33,470 nt of DNA from a virus (Duplodnaviria; Caudoviricetes): IMG/VR virus record IMGVR_UViG_3300011412_000014, positions 1-33,470 of that record; one strand, given 5' to 3'. The position numbers were made by a program, and so were the translations under genes. Position 1 is the stretch's first letter. Each line of letters opens with the position of its first letter. Of this stretch, positions 23,946 to 32,914 are shown one piece after another. The notes beneath the pieces were generated by a model. It was not told where the DNA came from. It saw only the letters and a list, made by a program, of their open reading frames with translations, and searched no databases.

Positions 23946-24701
23946 ATGGCAAGGCGTGGATTTGACTCAGGCCCGGCGAACTACGGGCCGGTGCGCTCGA
24001 AGTTTCGCAGTCCTACCCAGTCGCGCGAGTTAGAGGATGAGAGCCTCAACTGGAACCCTCGCGCCCGCGTCGATCAGATGTGGGATTTCATCGGGATCTA
24101 TGACAGCACGGCGACATTAGGAGAGGGACTGACCTCGGCGGTGGCGGGAACCACGCCCACCGTGGCCCAGGTGGCCAACTCGATCAACGGGCTGGTGGCG
24201 CTTACTCTGACCTCCACCTCGGAAGCGCAGAGCGCCCGGATCGACACGGGCGATGTGCTGAACTTCGACCCCACCAAGCAGCCGATGATCCAGGCGTATA
24301 TCAAGACGTTCGGCACCGCGTTCACCTCCGTGCAGAACCTGGTGTTCGGGTTCGCCTCCGCCTACAACGCCACGCTGGACAGTGTAGCATCCAACATGTG
24401 GTTCAAGCTGGCCGGCTCGAACGTGCTGCGGGTAGAGGGCGACGACGGGACCACGGACACCGATGACCAGACGACGGGGAGAACGCTTGCGGTCAGCACC
24501 TGGTATCTCCTGACCGTGTTTGCCCGCACCCTGAACCGGGTGGAGTTCTGGCTGGACGACGACATGGTGGGAACGGTCAGCGTTCCGCTGTTGACTGCCA
24601 CGCAGGTCCTGCAGCCCGCGCTCATCCTCCAGAAGGCTTCAGGAACCACGGTCCCGGCGGTCCAGGTAGACTATATCAGAGCCTCCCAGAATCGTTGGTG
24701 A
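23946..24701 (+). CDS. virion structural protein, beta-rich (lectin-like)
   Basis: follows the major capsid gene; T/S/G-rich; VDYIRASQNR C-terminus. Confidence 0.65.
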   Translation: MARRGFDSGPANYGPVRSKFRSPTQSRELEDESLNWNPRARVDQMWDFIGIYDSTATLGEGLTSAVAGTTPTVAQVANSINGLVALTLTSTSEAQSARIDTGDVLNFDPTKQPMIQAYIKTFGTAFTSVQNLVFGFASAYNATLDSVASNMWFKLAGSNVLRVEGDDGTTDTDDQTTGRTLAVSTWYLLTVFARTLNRVEFWLDDDMVGTVSVPLLTATQVLQPALILQKASGTTVPAVQVDYIRASQNRW

Positions 24702-24707
24702 AATAGA

Positions 24708-24914
24708 ATGAGAGCCAGGCGAAGACCCGGTAGGCCCTGCCGCATTCCTGGGCGTTGGTTTCGGCTGGGGCCGCTGGTGGAGGATCAGGTGACCGGCTGG
24801 AAGGTGCCGATCCGCTTCTGTGTCGAGCAGCGCGGGGGCCTGGTGGATGCGAACGAGCGCCGGGGCGGCTCCAGAGATGAACCAAACGATGCCCAGACCC
24901 GGGGAGGCGGCTAG
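24708..24914 (+). CDS. hypothetical protein
   Basis: fills the gap between flanking genes. Confidence 0.45.
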   Translation: MRARRRPGRPCRIPGRWFRLGPLVEDQVTGWKVPIRFCVEQRGGLVDANERRGGSRDEPNDAQTRGGG

Positions 24915-25427
24915 ATGTACGCTAACAAGAATGTTGTGCGCTATGACCTGGCGACCGGCGCGGCGACGCAGACCTTGAACCTGGAGATCCCGATGGATCT
25001 CTCGCACGCCCGCGCCTTGACTTTGGAAGTAATCATCACCGAGGCGATCACAGACGCCTCGGATACCCTGGACATCCGCCTGCAGGACACCTATGACGGG
25101 GTGACCTGGAACACCCGCATCCGGATGTTGCAGATGATCGGCACGCTGTCGCCATCCGCCACGGCGCCGGAGTATCAGCGCTCCGTGGTGAGTGCTGATG
25201 TATTACTCACCACGCCGGAAGAAAATTACGAATGCACCGGAAGCGTAGGCGCCACGGACCTGACCGCCGGGACGGTCAGGAATGGGCCGTTTGCCCCGAT
25301 GCGGAGAACCTCCGGGGTGAACGGCAGGCAGCCAGCGCACAGAATTCAAGTCATCTCGACAGAAGGTGGCGCATCCAACGCTAACTGGGCTGGCCGCATC
25401 TTTCTCTCGGCGCTCACGCAGTACTAG
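24915..25427 (+). CDS. virion structural protein (putative)
   Basis: GGAGG RBS; LDIRLQDTYDGVTW motif. Confidence 0.65.
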   Translation: MYANKNVVRYDLATGAATQTLNLEIPMDLSHARALTLEVIITEAITDASDTLDIRLQDTYDGVTWNTRIRMLQMIGTLSPSATAPEYQRSVVSADVLLTTPEENYECTGSVGATDLTAGTVRNGPFAPMRRTSGVNGRQPAHRIQVISTEGGASNANWAGRIFLSALTQY

Positions 25428-25435
25428 GAGATCTG

Positions 25436-25864
25436 ATGCCTACGCCTAGCGTTCCCAGTCCTGATTACGATCTCACGGTAGCCATCTCAGGCGCATCCAC
25501 CGGCACCTCGATTGGCTCGGTGGTGATCTCGAACGGGTCCTTGCAGGTCGGGGCCAGCACGCTTGAGGTCAAGCAGGCACAGATCAATATCTCGGCCTCG
25601 GGTGACAACACGGTAGTGGCGGCGGTGACCGCCAAGAAGATCCGGGTCGTCGGGGTAATGTTCATCTGCGCGGCCGATGTGACGGTGCAGGTGAAGAGCC
25701 TGGCCACTTCCAAGATCGCGGCGATGAGCTACCACGCGAACGGAGGTGTGGCGCTCTGGTGGCCGGAAGGCTTCTGGGTAGAGACGGCATCCGGCGAGGC
25801 GCTGGTGTTCGCGCTCGGTGGCAACGTGCAGGTTTCGGGGTCGCTCAACTATGTGGAGGTCTGA
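25436..25864 (+). CDS. virion structural protein (putative)
   Basis: AGGAG RBS; SGDNTVVAAV..KKIRV..ETASGEAL pattern. Confidence 0.65.
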   Translation: MPTPSVPSPDYDLTVAISGASTGTSIGSVVISNGSLQVGASTLEVKQAQINISASGDNTVVAAVTAKKIRVVGVMFICAADVTVQVKSLATSKIAAMSYHANGGVALWWPEGFWVETASGEALVFALGGNVQVSGSLNYVEV

Positions 25865-25875
25865 GTGGAGGAGCA

Positions 25876-26067
25876 ATGAAATCGCCTGGTGAGATGATTG
25901 TCGATAACGGCGCCATGCCACTGGTCCGGTTAACGGGGGAGCAGAAGCGCGAAGTTCTCAATCAGCGATTACTTCAGCAAGAGATGCTGATGGAGGAATA
26001 CCGGTTGAATTACGAGGCGGCAAAAGCTGCCTGGAACGCGATCCGCATTCAGGTTGAGGAAACGTAG
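25876..26067 (+). CDS. small coiled-coil protein
   Basis: GGAGGAG RBS, ATG at 25876. Confidence 0.6.
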   Translation: MKSPGEMIVDNGAMPLVRLTGEQKREVLNQRLLQQEMLMEEYRLNYEAAKAAWNAIRIQVEET

Positions 26068-26081
26068 GGGGCTAGAAACCA

Positions 26082-27752
26082 ATTCCACTCGGCGTCTTCA
26101 TCCCATCTCAGCTAAACGATCTTTCAGTGGACGTGGCTCTTGGCACGCCGGCCAGGGGCGCGATTATGTACCGCGGCGCCACGAAGTGGAACGCGCTTGC
26201 GGCGGGAACCTCAGGCGAGGCGTTGACGACCCAGGGCGCGGGCGCCGATCCGATCTGGGGATCGCCTACCGCTGACATCTCTCCGGCTGTAATCCTCCTG
26301 CCCACCAGTTCCGCGAGGAACGTCATCCAGCCATCCGGCGCGGCCGTCATCCCGCTCACCGTCAAGGGGTTTGCCAGTCAGTCGGCAACCCTGCAGGAGT
26401 GGCAGGATAGTGCGGCCAACGTGCTTGGCTCCATCAGTGCGAGCGGACTGTCCACGAACACCGTCCTGGACGCGGCGACCAGTACCAGTTCTGACGTGCA
26501 ACTGCTCGGCCACAATAGCAGCGGCACTCCGGCTGCCGGGTTCGCCTCCCGCACAGGGTGGCGGCTCCACAGCACGACCACCGTCAACACGGAAGCGGCC
26601 GAGCTAGGGGTTAGCTGGGTAGTAGCGACCCACGCCAGCCGCACGGCCAGGGCAGTCCTCTCGGTCTACGATACGGCAGCCCGCGAGGTCCTCCGTGGGC
26701 AGGCGTCGGGCACGGCGCCGATGATCGGGTTTCTCGGCGCTTCTGCCGTGGTTCGACCGGCATCGACCACCGATCTGCGGCAGGCGCTGATTGATCTCGG
26801 GCTGTATACCACCGGCGGCGCGAGCCCGCTGAACCTCAACGGTGGCGCGTTTGTCACCAGCGGGTCTGTTTCCAGCACGGGCGCGGGGGCAAGCAGCGAG
26901 CGGTTCGGGGCTGGGGCGCTGGCTGGGGGGATAAGCTCAACCTCTGTCGGTAATGCTGCGTCGGCGTCGACCCAGCAATGCACCGCTATCGGAGCAACCG
27001 CCACTGCGTCCAACACAGCGTGCACGGCGCTTGGCTTTGGCGCTGTCGCTTCAGCAGTAGGGTCTACAGCGTTAGGTTTTAGTGCTAACTCAGCATTTGG
27101 TTCGTCAATCGCAATTGGGACAAACTCGGTCGCCACAGCCATCGAGCAATGTATTATCGGTGGGACAACAGCATCGGGCCGAATTGCAACTGTGTATATC
27201 GGCAACGGCGTTGTGAACGCAGCGCCAAGCGCCGTCACGATCAACGGGACCGGTGGCAGCGGAACAGACATTGCGGGCGCATCGCTTACCATTGCGGGCG
27301 GGCGCGGCACCGGCTCGGCGGTGGGCGGGGCGATCATCTTCCAGAGCACGGCCGCGGGAGCGTCGGCAACCACTCTTCGCACTCTTGAGGAGAAGTTCCG
27401 GATCTCCAATCTCGGGGTGCTGACCAGCTCGCGAAAGTCCAGCACGCAAGACCGCACCGTGGTGGATATGGAGCCGACTTTTGTCGTCGCGACTGACGCC
27501 AGCCGAACCGGCCGGGCGGTCTGGTGCATCTACGACACGGCAGCCCGCGAGGCAATGCGAATGGAGGCTTCGGGCAGCGCGCCAATGATCGGGTTCCTCG
27601 GCGCTGCTGCTGTTGCCAGGACAGCAGCATACACGCCGACGAATGTTTCCGCTGATCGTTCCTACGATGCAAACGCGACGACACTAGACGAGGTAGCTGA
27701 TGTGCTCGGCACGCTTATAGCCGACTTGCAGCTCTTCGGGTTCCTGGCGTAA
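26082..27752 (+). CDS. tail fibre/adhesin-like protein with YadA-head-like repeats; probable ATT start
   Basis: repeated (S/T)A(I/L/V)G..A.A units; internal ~47-aa duplication; G/A/T/S-rich. Confidence 0.7.
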   Translation: MPLGVFIPSQLNDLSVDVALGTPARGAIMYRGATKWNALAAGTSGEALTTQGAGADPIWGSPTADISPAVILLPTSSARNVIQPSGAAVIPLTVKGFASQSATLQEWQDSAANVLGSISASGLSTNTVLDAATSTSSDVQLLGHNSSGTPAAGFASRTGWRLHSTTTVNTEAAELGVSWVVATHASRTARAVLSVYDTAAREVLRGQASGTAPMIGFLGASAVVRPASTTDLRQALIDLGLYTTGGASPLNLNGGAFVTSGSVSSTGAGASSERFGAGALAGGISSTSVGNAASASTQQCTAIGATATASNTACTALGFGAVASAVGSTALGFSANSAFGSSIAIGTNSVATAIEQCIIGGTTASGRIATVYIGNGVVNAAPSAVTINGTGGSGTDIAGASLTIAGGRGTGSAVGGAIIFQSTAAGASATTLRTLEEKFRISNLGVLTSSRKSSTQDRTVVDMEPTFVVATDASRTGRAVWCIYDTAAREAMRMEASGSAPMIGFLGAAAVARTAAYTPTNVSADRSYDANATTLDEVADVLGTLIADLQLFGFLA

Positions 27753-27762
27753 GGAGGCTGCA

Positions 27763-28050
27763 ATGGCAGTAGAAACTACGGACAAAGCGCTTAATCTCTG
27801 CTCCCGGCTGATGTCGGCGGCAGACCAACTGATGGGCGCGGTGGAGCAACTGGCCGCACTGAAGAATGAGAAGGAGTCATCAGGGCTCGACCTGACAGCG
27901 GCTGCCGTAGAGACGGCGCTTGGCGCGTCGCCAGCACTGAAGCACGCCAGCGGCACGAATTTCAACAACGTCATTACGAGCGGGGCAGCGATCAATGCCT
28001 GGCTGGAAGCGGAGTTTCATGATGATATTATGCAATCTGTCAGACCATAA
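27763..28050 (+). CDS. hypothetical tail-associated protein
   Basis: AAGGAGG RBS; ends DDIMQSVRP. Confidence 0.7.
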   Translation: MAVETTDKALNLCSRLMSAADQLMGAVEQLAALKNEKESSGLDLTAAAVETALGASPALKHASGTNFNNVITSGAAINAWLEAEFHDDIMQSVRP

Positions 28051-28096
28051 GTAAAGACATTTTGCAGATTGGCATCACATTCGCTATGATGGAGGT

Positions 28097-28648
28097 ATGA
28101 AAACATGCACATCATGCGGGATCGAAAAGGATAGTTCGGAGTATTACCGGCACGCTACAACAACTGACAAGCTGACTACTCAATGCAAGGGCTGCATCTC
28201 ATTGGCCGGGAAAAAGGCAAGGGCCGTCGAGTCTGTTGAGGACCGTGCAAAACGACTGGCGAGATTGAAAGAATGGGCAGAGCGAAACCCAGAGAAATCG
28301 AAGGCGATCAAGGAGCGTTGGGCAAAAAAGAACCGGGAGCGACACAACCGGCAGGGGCGGGAGTATTATTACCGACACCTGGAGCGGGTGCAATCTTTCT
28401 ACAGGAACCGTTACCATCAGACGAAAGCAGCGGGCGGGGAATACACTCAAGAGGAATGGCAATCGGTCTGTGCCACAGCGAAGGGGTGCTGCCTTCGCTG
28501 TGGAGAAGTGAAACCGCTGACAGTTGATCATGTTATCCCTATCCGAAAAGGCGGGAGCAATGACATCGGGAACATCCAGCCTCTGTGTGGAACTTGCAAT
28601 CGAAGCAAGGGTGACAAGATTATCGATTATCGGGCGCAAGAGGAATGA
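28097..28648 (+). CDS. HNH endonuclease
   Basis: CTSC..CKGC N-terminus; CLRCG..LTVDHVIP..GGSN.IGNIQPLC.TCN.SKG; GGAGG RBS; TTGCAG-N17-TATGAT promoter. Confidence 0.85.
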   Translation: MKTCTSCGIEKDSSEYYRHATTTDKLTTQCKGCISLAGKKARAVESVEDRAKRLARLKEWAERNPEKSKAIKERWAKKNRERHNRQGREYYYRHLERVQSFYRNRYHQTKAAGGEYTQEEWQSVCATAKGCCLRCGEVKPLTVDHVIPIRKGGSNDIGNIQPLCGTCNRSKGDKIIDYRAQEE

Positions 28649-28676
28649 CGATATATTAGATATCGTCCGTCCATAG
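28644..28676 (+). pseudogene. orphan duplicate of the 3' end of gene 27763..28050
   Basis: reads NDDILDIVRP* versus HDDIMQSVRP*. Confidence 0.7.
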
Positions 28677-28783
28677 CTCGCTCCTGACAGCCGGAGGCAG
28701 GTCCAGGTTTTCATAATATGGCATACACACCTCCCCTTTATGGTAAAATATACGAAAGTGTAATCCATAAGAGGAGGGGACAA

Positions 28784-29449
28784 ATGGCTAAAAAGGGGTG
28801 GGCGCCGGTAGTTGGAGATCGGATCGGAATGTTAACGATTACGGAGACCGAGATTAGGCAGCAATATTCCGGGGGGAAGCGTCTGTTTGCGCGGGCGAAG
28901 TGTGATTGCGGTAAAGAGATATTACGCCGCTACGCCAGCTTGCAAGACCCCAGGTATGTGTCTTGTGGCTGCTTTCATAATGAGCAATTAAGGCAGATGG
29001 CTACGCGGCACGGCGATTCTGCGTCTCGTCTTTACTACACATGGAGAACGATGATCGCTCGGTGCCACGATCCGTTACGGAATGAGTTTAAGTGGTATGG
29101 AAAGCGCGGCATCGCCGTATGTCAGGAATGGCGACAAAGCTACGAAGCATTTCGGAGTTGGGCACTGGCAGCCGGGTACTGTGATGGATTAACCATAGAT
29201 CGGATAGATGCAGATCAAGGCTATCTACCACAAAACTGTCGGTGGGTGAGTCGCTCGATCAATTCCGCGAGGCAACGAACGAACAGGCTAATAAACGCAT
29301 TTGGCGAAGAGAAGCACCTGTCTGATTGGGTTCGCGACCAACGCTGTCGCGTCAGTTATGGAGGGTTGCGCAGGCGATTAGATTTGGGTTGGGCGCCTGA
29401 AGATGCGATTGCCACCCTTCCGAGGATATTGCCATCAGCTACACATTAG
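28784..29449 (+). CDS. HNH-like homing endonuclease (same family as 14233..14907)
   Basis: CDCG..SCGC, LYYTWRTMIARC..YGKRGIAVCQEW..TIDRID..GY.PQNCRWV; GAGGAGG RBS. Confidence 0.85.
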   Translation: MAKKGWAPVVGDRIGMLTITETEIRQQYSGGKRLFARAKCDCGKEILRRYASLQDPRYVSCGCFHNEQLRQMATRHGDSASRLYYTWRTMIARCHDPLRNEFKWYGKRGIAVCQEWRQSYEAFRSWALAAGYCDGLTIDRIDADQGYLPQNCRWVSRSINSARQRTNRLINAFGEEKHLSDWVRDQRCRVSYGGLRRRLDLGWAPEDAIATLPRILPSATH

Positions 29450-30078
29450 ACGTAGGGCTATCACTAGGAGCCGGAAACACCGGACTGGCGTTGGAGATGC
29501 AGCTCACGGACACGGCCGGCGCCAATGTGGGGGCGGCTGTGACCACCGGCTTCGTCGAGTTCGGGGCGACGGGCAATTATCTCTTCCATTATACCGGCTG
29601 GCCGGATGGGCACCGGGGCGCCGCCGTGTTTCAGGTAACTCCCGGCGGGGCGATAAAGACCTCGGTAGCGATCAACCCGGAAGAAGCGGAGTATGTTGGG
29701 ACGCGCCTGCCTGCTGCATTGGTCTCCGGTCGGATGGACTCCTCTGTTGGGGCGATGGCCGCCGGAACCGTGACTGCTGCTGCTGTCGCTACCGATGCCA
29801 TTGACGCGGACGCCCTCGCCGCAAATGCCGTGACCGAGATCGCCGCCGGCCTCCTGGCCACTGCGCTCGTGGAATTGGGCGTGGCGAAGCCATCGGCTAC
29901 TCCGACCGTGGCCGAAGCGCTGATGCTCTTCTTTATGTCAATCAGGAACAAGCGCACCGTGGACACGGCGGCTGGAAAGGACACGATCTTCAACGACGCG
30001 GGCACGGCCATCTTCCACCTGCCGGTGACGGACGCGGCGGGGGTGTTCACTTCTGATGAGGCAGTCAGCGGAGCGTAG
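29434..30078 (+). CDS. virion structural protein; probable ATC start
   Basis: GAGGA RBS then ATC AGC TAC ACA TTA in frame with the tracked ORF 29491..30078; A/T/D-rich repeats. Confidence 0.65.
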   Translation: MSYTLDVGLSLGAGNTGLALEMQLTDTAGANVGAAVTTGFVEFGATGNYLFHYTGWPDGHRGAAVFQVTPGGAIKTSVAINPEEAEYVGTRLPAALVSGRMDSSVGAMAAGTVTAAAVATDAIDADALAANAVTEIAAGLLATALVELGVAKPSATPTVAEALMLFFMSIRNKRTVDTAAGKDTIFNDAGTAIFHLPVTDAAGVFTSDEAVSGA

Positions 30079-30087
30079 CCATCGCAA

Positions 30088-30531
30088 TTAGGTCTTGTAG
30101 GAATTCTTCTGGAAGCACTGCCTGGAACAGAACACGCGCTTTAGCCGAGGAAATCGGCGGGGGCGGAAGGTGACACCGCATCCGTCACAAACAACTGGGA
30201 CGATGCGTTCTGTCACTTCAGGTCGGAAGAAGACGGGTTCGTGCTGGAGAAGATGAGAAGCACGCGTATGGAGTTCCAAGTTTTCGATCCGGTTGTCGAG
30301 TTTGTCCCCATTCTTGTGGTGGACGATCTCTCTCTTCTCAAGAAACCGGCCGAGGTGTTCCATCATCACAAGCCGATGTTCGAGAATGTAGCCTTTGGCG
30401 TTGGAGCAAGGATGCTCTTGGAAAAGAACGAGTTTATACCCATGGCTTATGAACCAGCCGCTCCTGTAGGCGTTGGAGGCAGGGCCTTTTTTGCCAAGAA
30501 GATGCATGCCGGTGTTTCCGCGTTTTCCCAT
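30088..30531 (-). CDS. HNH homing endonuclease (antisense)
   Basis: GY...EHP..GYILEHRLVM..HLGR.L...EIVHHKNGDKLDNRIENLEL; C-terminal C..CG..FCSRQC. Confidence 0.85.
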   Translation of the reverse strand: MGKRGNTGMHLLGKKGPASNAYRSGWFISHGYKLVLFQEHPCSNAKGYILEHRLVMMEHLGRFLEKREIVHHKNGDKLDNRIENLELHTRASHLLQHEPVFFRPEVTERIVPVVCDGCGVTFRPRRFPRLKRVFCSRQCFQKNSYKT

Positions 30532-30594
30532 ACCTATATAATGACGCAAAAGGGTGGGTAATGGCAACGAAACAGGATATAGCAGGAACAAAAA

Positions 30595-30795
30595 ACGGCT
30601 ATTGACTCAAGGAATAAACGTGCCAGCGCGATGTGTCACTGGCTCTACGCTCCGCTCCCGGACGCCGACGGAACGATCGACAAGAACGATCGCCGCCAGG
30701 TGGCGTGCATCTACTGCGCCGATGCGACCGAGGACCTGCCGGTCGAGGGCGGCGACGACTTTGCCTATGACCTGCTGCTGTTAGGCGTGGGCTAA
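30595..30795 (+). CDS. small virion-module protein; probable ACG start; not in the ORF track
   Basis: (M)AIDSRNKRASAMCHWLYAPLPDADGTIDKNDRRQVACIY..LLLLGVG*; stop 1 nt before the next ATG. Confidence 0.6.
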   Translation, partial: TAIDSRNKRASAMCHWLYAPLPDADGTIDKNDRRQVACIYCADATEDLPVEGGDDFAYDLLLLGVG

Positions 30796-30796
30796 C

Positions 30797-32791
30797 ATGC
30801 CGCTTGCAAGCGCTGGAGTTTGGTATGTCCGCCCCGGCGGCCACATCCACAACGGCGGCGGGGTCAACCCGGCGAATGCCTCGTATAGCACTAATTACGC
30901 TAATCAGGATACCGCCCAGATCACGGTCACGAACGCGGCCTGCGCGGGCACGACCACCCTCACCTCAGCCACGGCGAACTTCGACAGCACGCACCACGGG
31001 AACTACATTGGGCTGGTGACTGGTGGCGGCAGCTTCATCAATTACTACGAGGTGGTCTCCGTTACGAACTCCACCACCGTGGTCCTGGACAAGGCCGGCC
31101 CAACCGATACGGGGATGACCCTTCGCCTGGGTGGGGCGCACGTCCTCTCCAACGTGGGCCTCCCGTGCGTTCAGATCGGCGGGGCGGACGGGGTGGCAGT
31201 CGGCGGCAACGTGATCCACGTCAACGGAGCGAGCGGATATGCGCTCTCCTCCACGGGGATTACGCTTTCTTCGGACGGATCGAACACGAATCCGATCACG
31301 ATCATTGGGCACAGCACGGTGATCGGAGATGGCGGCAGGCCGGTCATCACTAGGGCGGCTTCCACGATCAACCTCTTGTGGGTCAGCACTGGCGACAACT
31401 GGATCCTCAAGAACCTGGAGTTTGATGGCAACGGCGCGGGGAACGACTGCATCCTGATCGACGGCAGCGGCTGCTATTTTGAGAATGTCGTTGCCCGCCG
31501 GGGTGTGGACGCGCTGCAGCTCAACGGGTTCAACAACTACTTCACCGACTGCTGGTTCAAGGACGGGCAATCCTCGTCCGACGTGTCGGTTCGGATATCC
31601 GGCGGGGCCGGTAACGTGTTCAACCGCTGCGCGATCTCCGACTCGCTCGGGGTAGGCATTCTGTCCGTCAGCGGGGGGCCGAATACGTTCCGGCACTGTT
31701 TCATCTACAACCATGCGACTGACGGCGTTCAGCAGGAGTCCACCGGCCAGTATGGGCTGGTGTTTGAGCAGTGCGCGATCTGGGACAACGGGAGAGACGG
31801 CATCCGGTTCTCCTCCACGGTGGCCGTGACCGGGGCGCTGCACAACGTTTTCGTGCGCGGCACGATCTTCGGGAAGAACCTCGGCTACGACATCAACTAC
31901 ACCGTCAGCGACATCTCGGCTTTGACCGGCACGATCCAGTGGGTCGCCAGCCATTTCGATTGCAACGCTTTTTACACCACAGGTCTTGGCAAGATGAACC
32001 AGTTGCCGGCAAACTCCGGCGACCTGACGCTCACGGCCAGTCCGTTCGCATCAGATACCTCATTCGTTCTCACCGGCGCGGGTGGACAGCAGATCGTCGA
32101 GAATGTCTGTTCCACGACCCTGCCGGATGGGAATACCGTCAGCCTGCTATCGGGAGCAAGCCAGGTCACGGCCGGCGCGGGGGTGTCGGGTGCGCTGAAC
32201 CTCTGGCGGGAGTGGGCTGGCGGGGAGTTTAACACAACAGTAATTCCGGATAGCACCATCCAGGATTTTTACTTTGACCCTTCCTGCAATGAACTGAACC
32301 GCAGGGTGGGTTACCACCTTAGCACCACCACGATCACGCTGGCGGCGGGCACCCAGTCGTATTCGCTGCCCGAGGACTTCGTATCTGTTGTCTACGTTTC
32401 CCACGCGGGGAAGAATTTGCAGAAGAAGTCAGAGGAAGACTGGCAGCGGGAGGGCACGGCCTATCGTGAGCAGAGCGGATCGCCCGCTGATTATGCCATC
32501 CAGGGGTCCACGCTAATCCTGCGGCCCATCCCAACAGCGGCCACCGTAGCTGATGCGAGTGTGGTGAGTATCCGCTACGTGTCGAAGCCTGCGGCGACAG
32601 GGGTGAGCGGCTTCGCGCAGTTGTCCACGCAGGACATCGAGGTAGTCGTCAGGCACGCGGTATTTTTGTGGTGGGCCGCGAATGGTTATGGCACCGACGT
32701 GAGCGGGCGGGCGAAATTCTTCTATGATCTCTTTGAGCAAGGCGCAACTCGAATTGCTGGTCAGTATGCTGGCCGGTTGGTTGAACCTTGA
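30797..32791 (+). CDS. right-handed beta-helix (tailspike-like) protein with C-terminal adaptor-like domain
   Basis: repeated parallel beta-helix units (N.F..C.I....GI); C-terminal AGTQSYSLPEDF..GSPADYAI..LILRPIP. Confidence 0.7.
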   Translation: MPLASAGVWYVRPGGHIHNGGGVNPANASYSTNYANQDTAQITVTNAACAGTTTLTSATANFDSTHHGNYIGLVTGGGSFINYYEVVSVTNSTTVVLDKAGPTDTGMTLRLGGAHVLSNVGLPCVQIGGADGVAVGGNVIHVNGASGYALSSTGITLSSDGSNTNPITIIGHSTVIGDGGRPVITRAASTINLLWVSTGDNWILKNLEFDGNGAGNDCILIDGSGCYFENVVARRGVDALQLNGFNNYFTDCWFKDGQSSSDVSVRISGGAGNVFNRCAISDSLGVGILSVSGGPNTFRHCFIYNHATDGVQQESTGQYGLVFEQCAIWDNGRDGIRFSSTVAVTGALHNVFVRGTIFGKNLGYDINYTVSDISALTGTIQWVASHFDCNAFYTTGLGKMNQLPANSGDLTLTASPFASDTSFVLTGAGGQQIVENVCSTTLPDGNTVSLLSGASQVTAGAGVSGALNLWREWAGGEFNTTVIPDSTIQDFYFDPSCNELNRRVGYHLSTTTITLAAGTQSYSLPEDFVSVVYVSHAGKNLQKKSEEDWQREGTAYREQSGSPADYAIQGSTLILRPIPTAATVADASVVSIRYVSKPAATGVSGFAQLSTQDIEVVVRHAVFLWWAANGYGTDVSGRAKFFYDLFEQGATRIAGQYAGRLVEP

Positions 32792-32857
32792 GGCATATGA
32801 AGTTGGGATAGACCATCCGATCTGGTATCATAGGGATGTTAGCGGCTAGGTGCGGGG

Positions 32858-32888
32858 GTGCGGACTGCTGATGTGGTCCGCACTTCTT
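32858..32888 (+). terminator. hairpin, possible terminator
   Basis: GTGCGGAC-N10-GTCCGCAC-TTCTT. Confidence 0.45.
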
Positions 32889-32914
32889 ATGTAGGGGGAG
32901 CGATGGAGAGTTAG

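Noticed and set aside
28070-28085. Third sigma54 promoter (TGGCAT-N5-TCGC)
   Set aside because: Mismatches in both boxes; a sigma70 arrangement TTGCAG-N17-TATGAT explains the site better.
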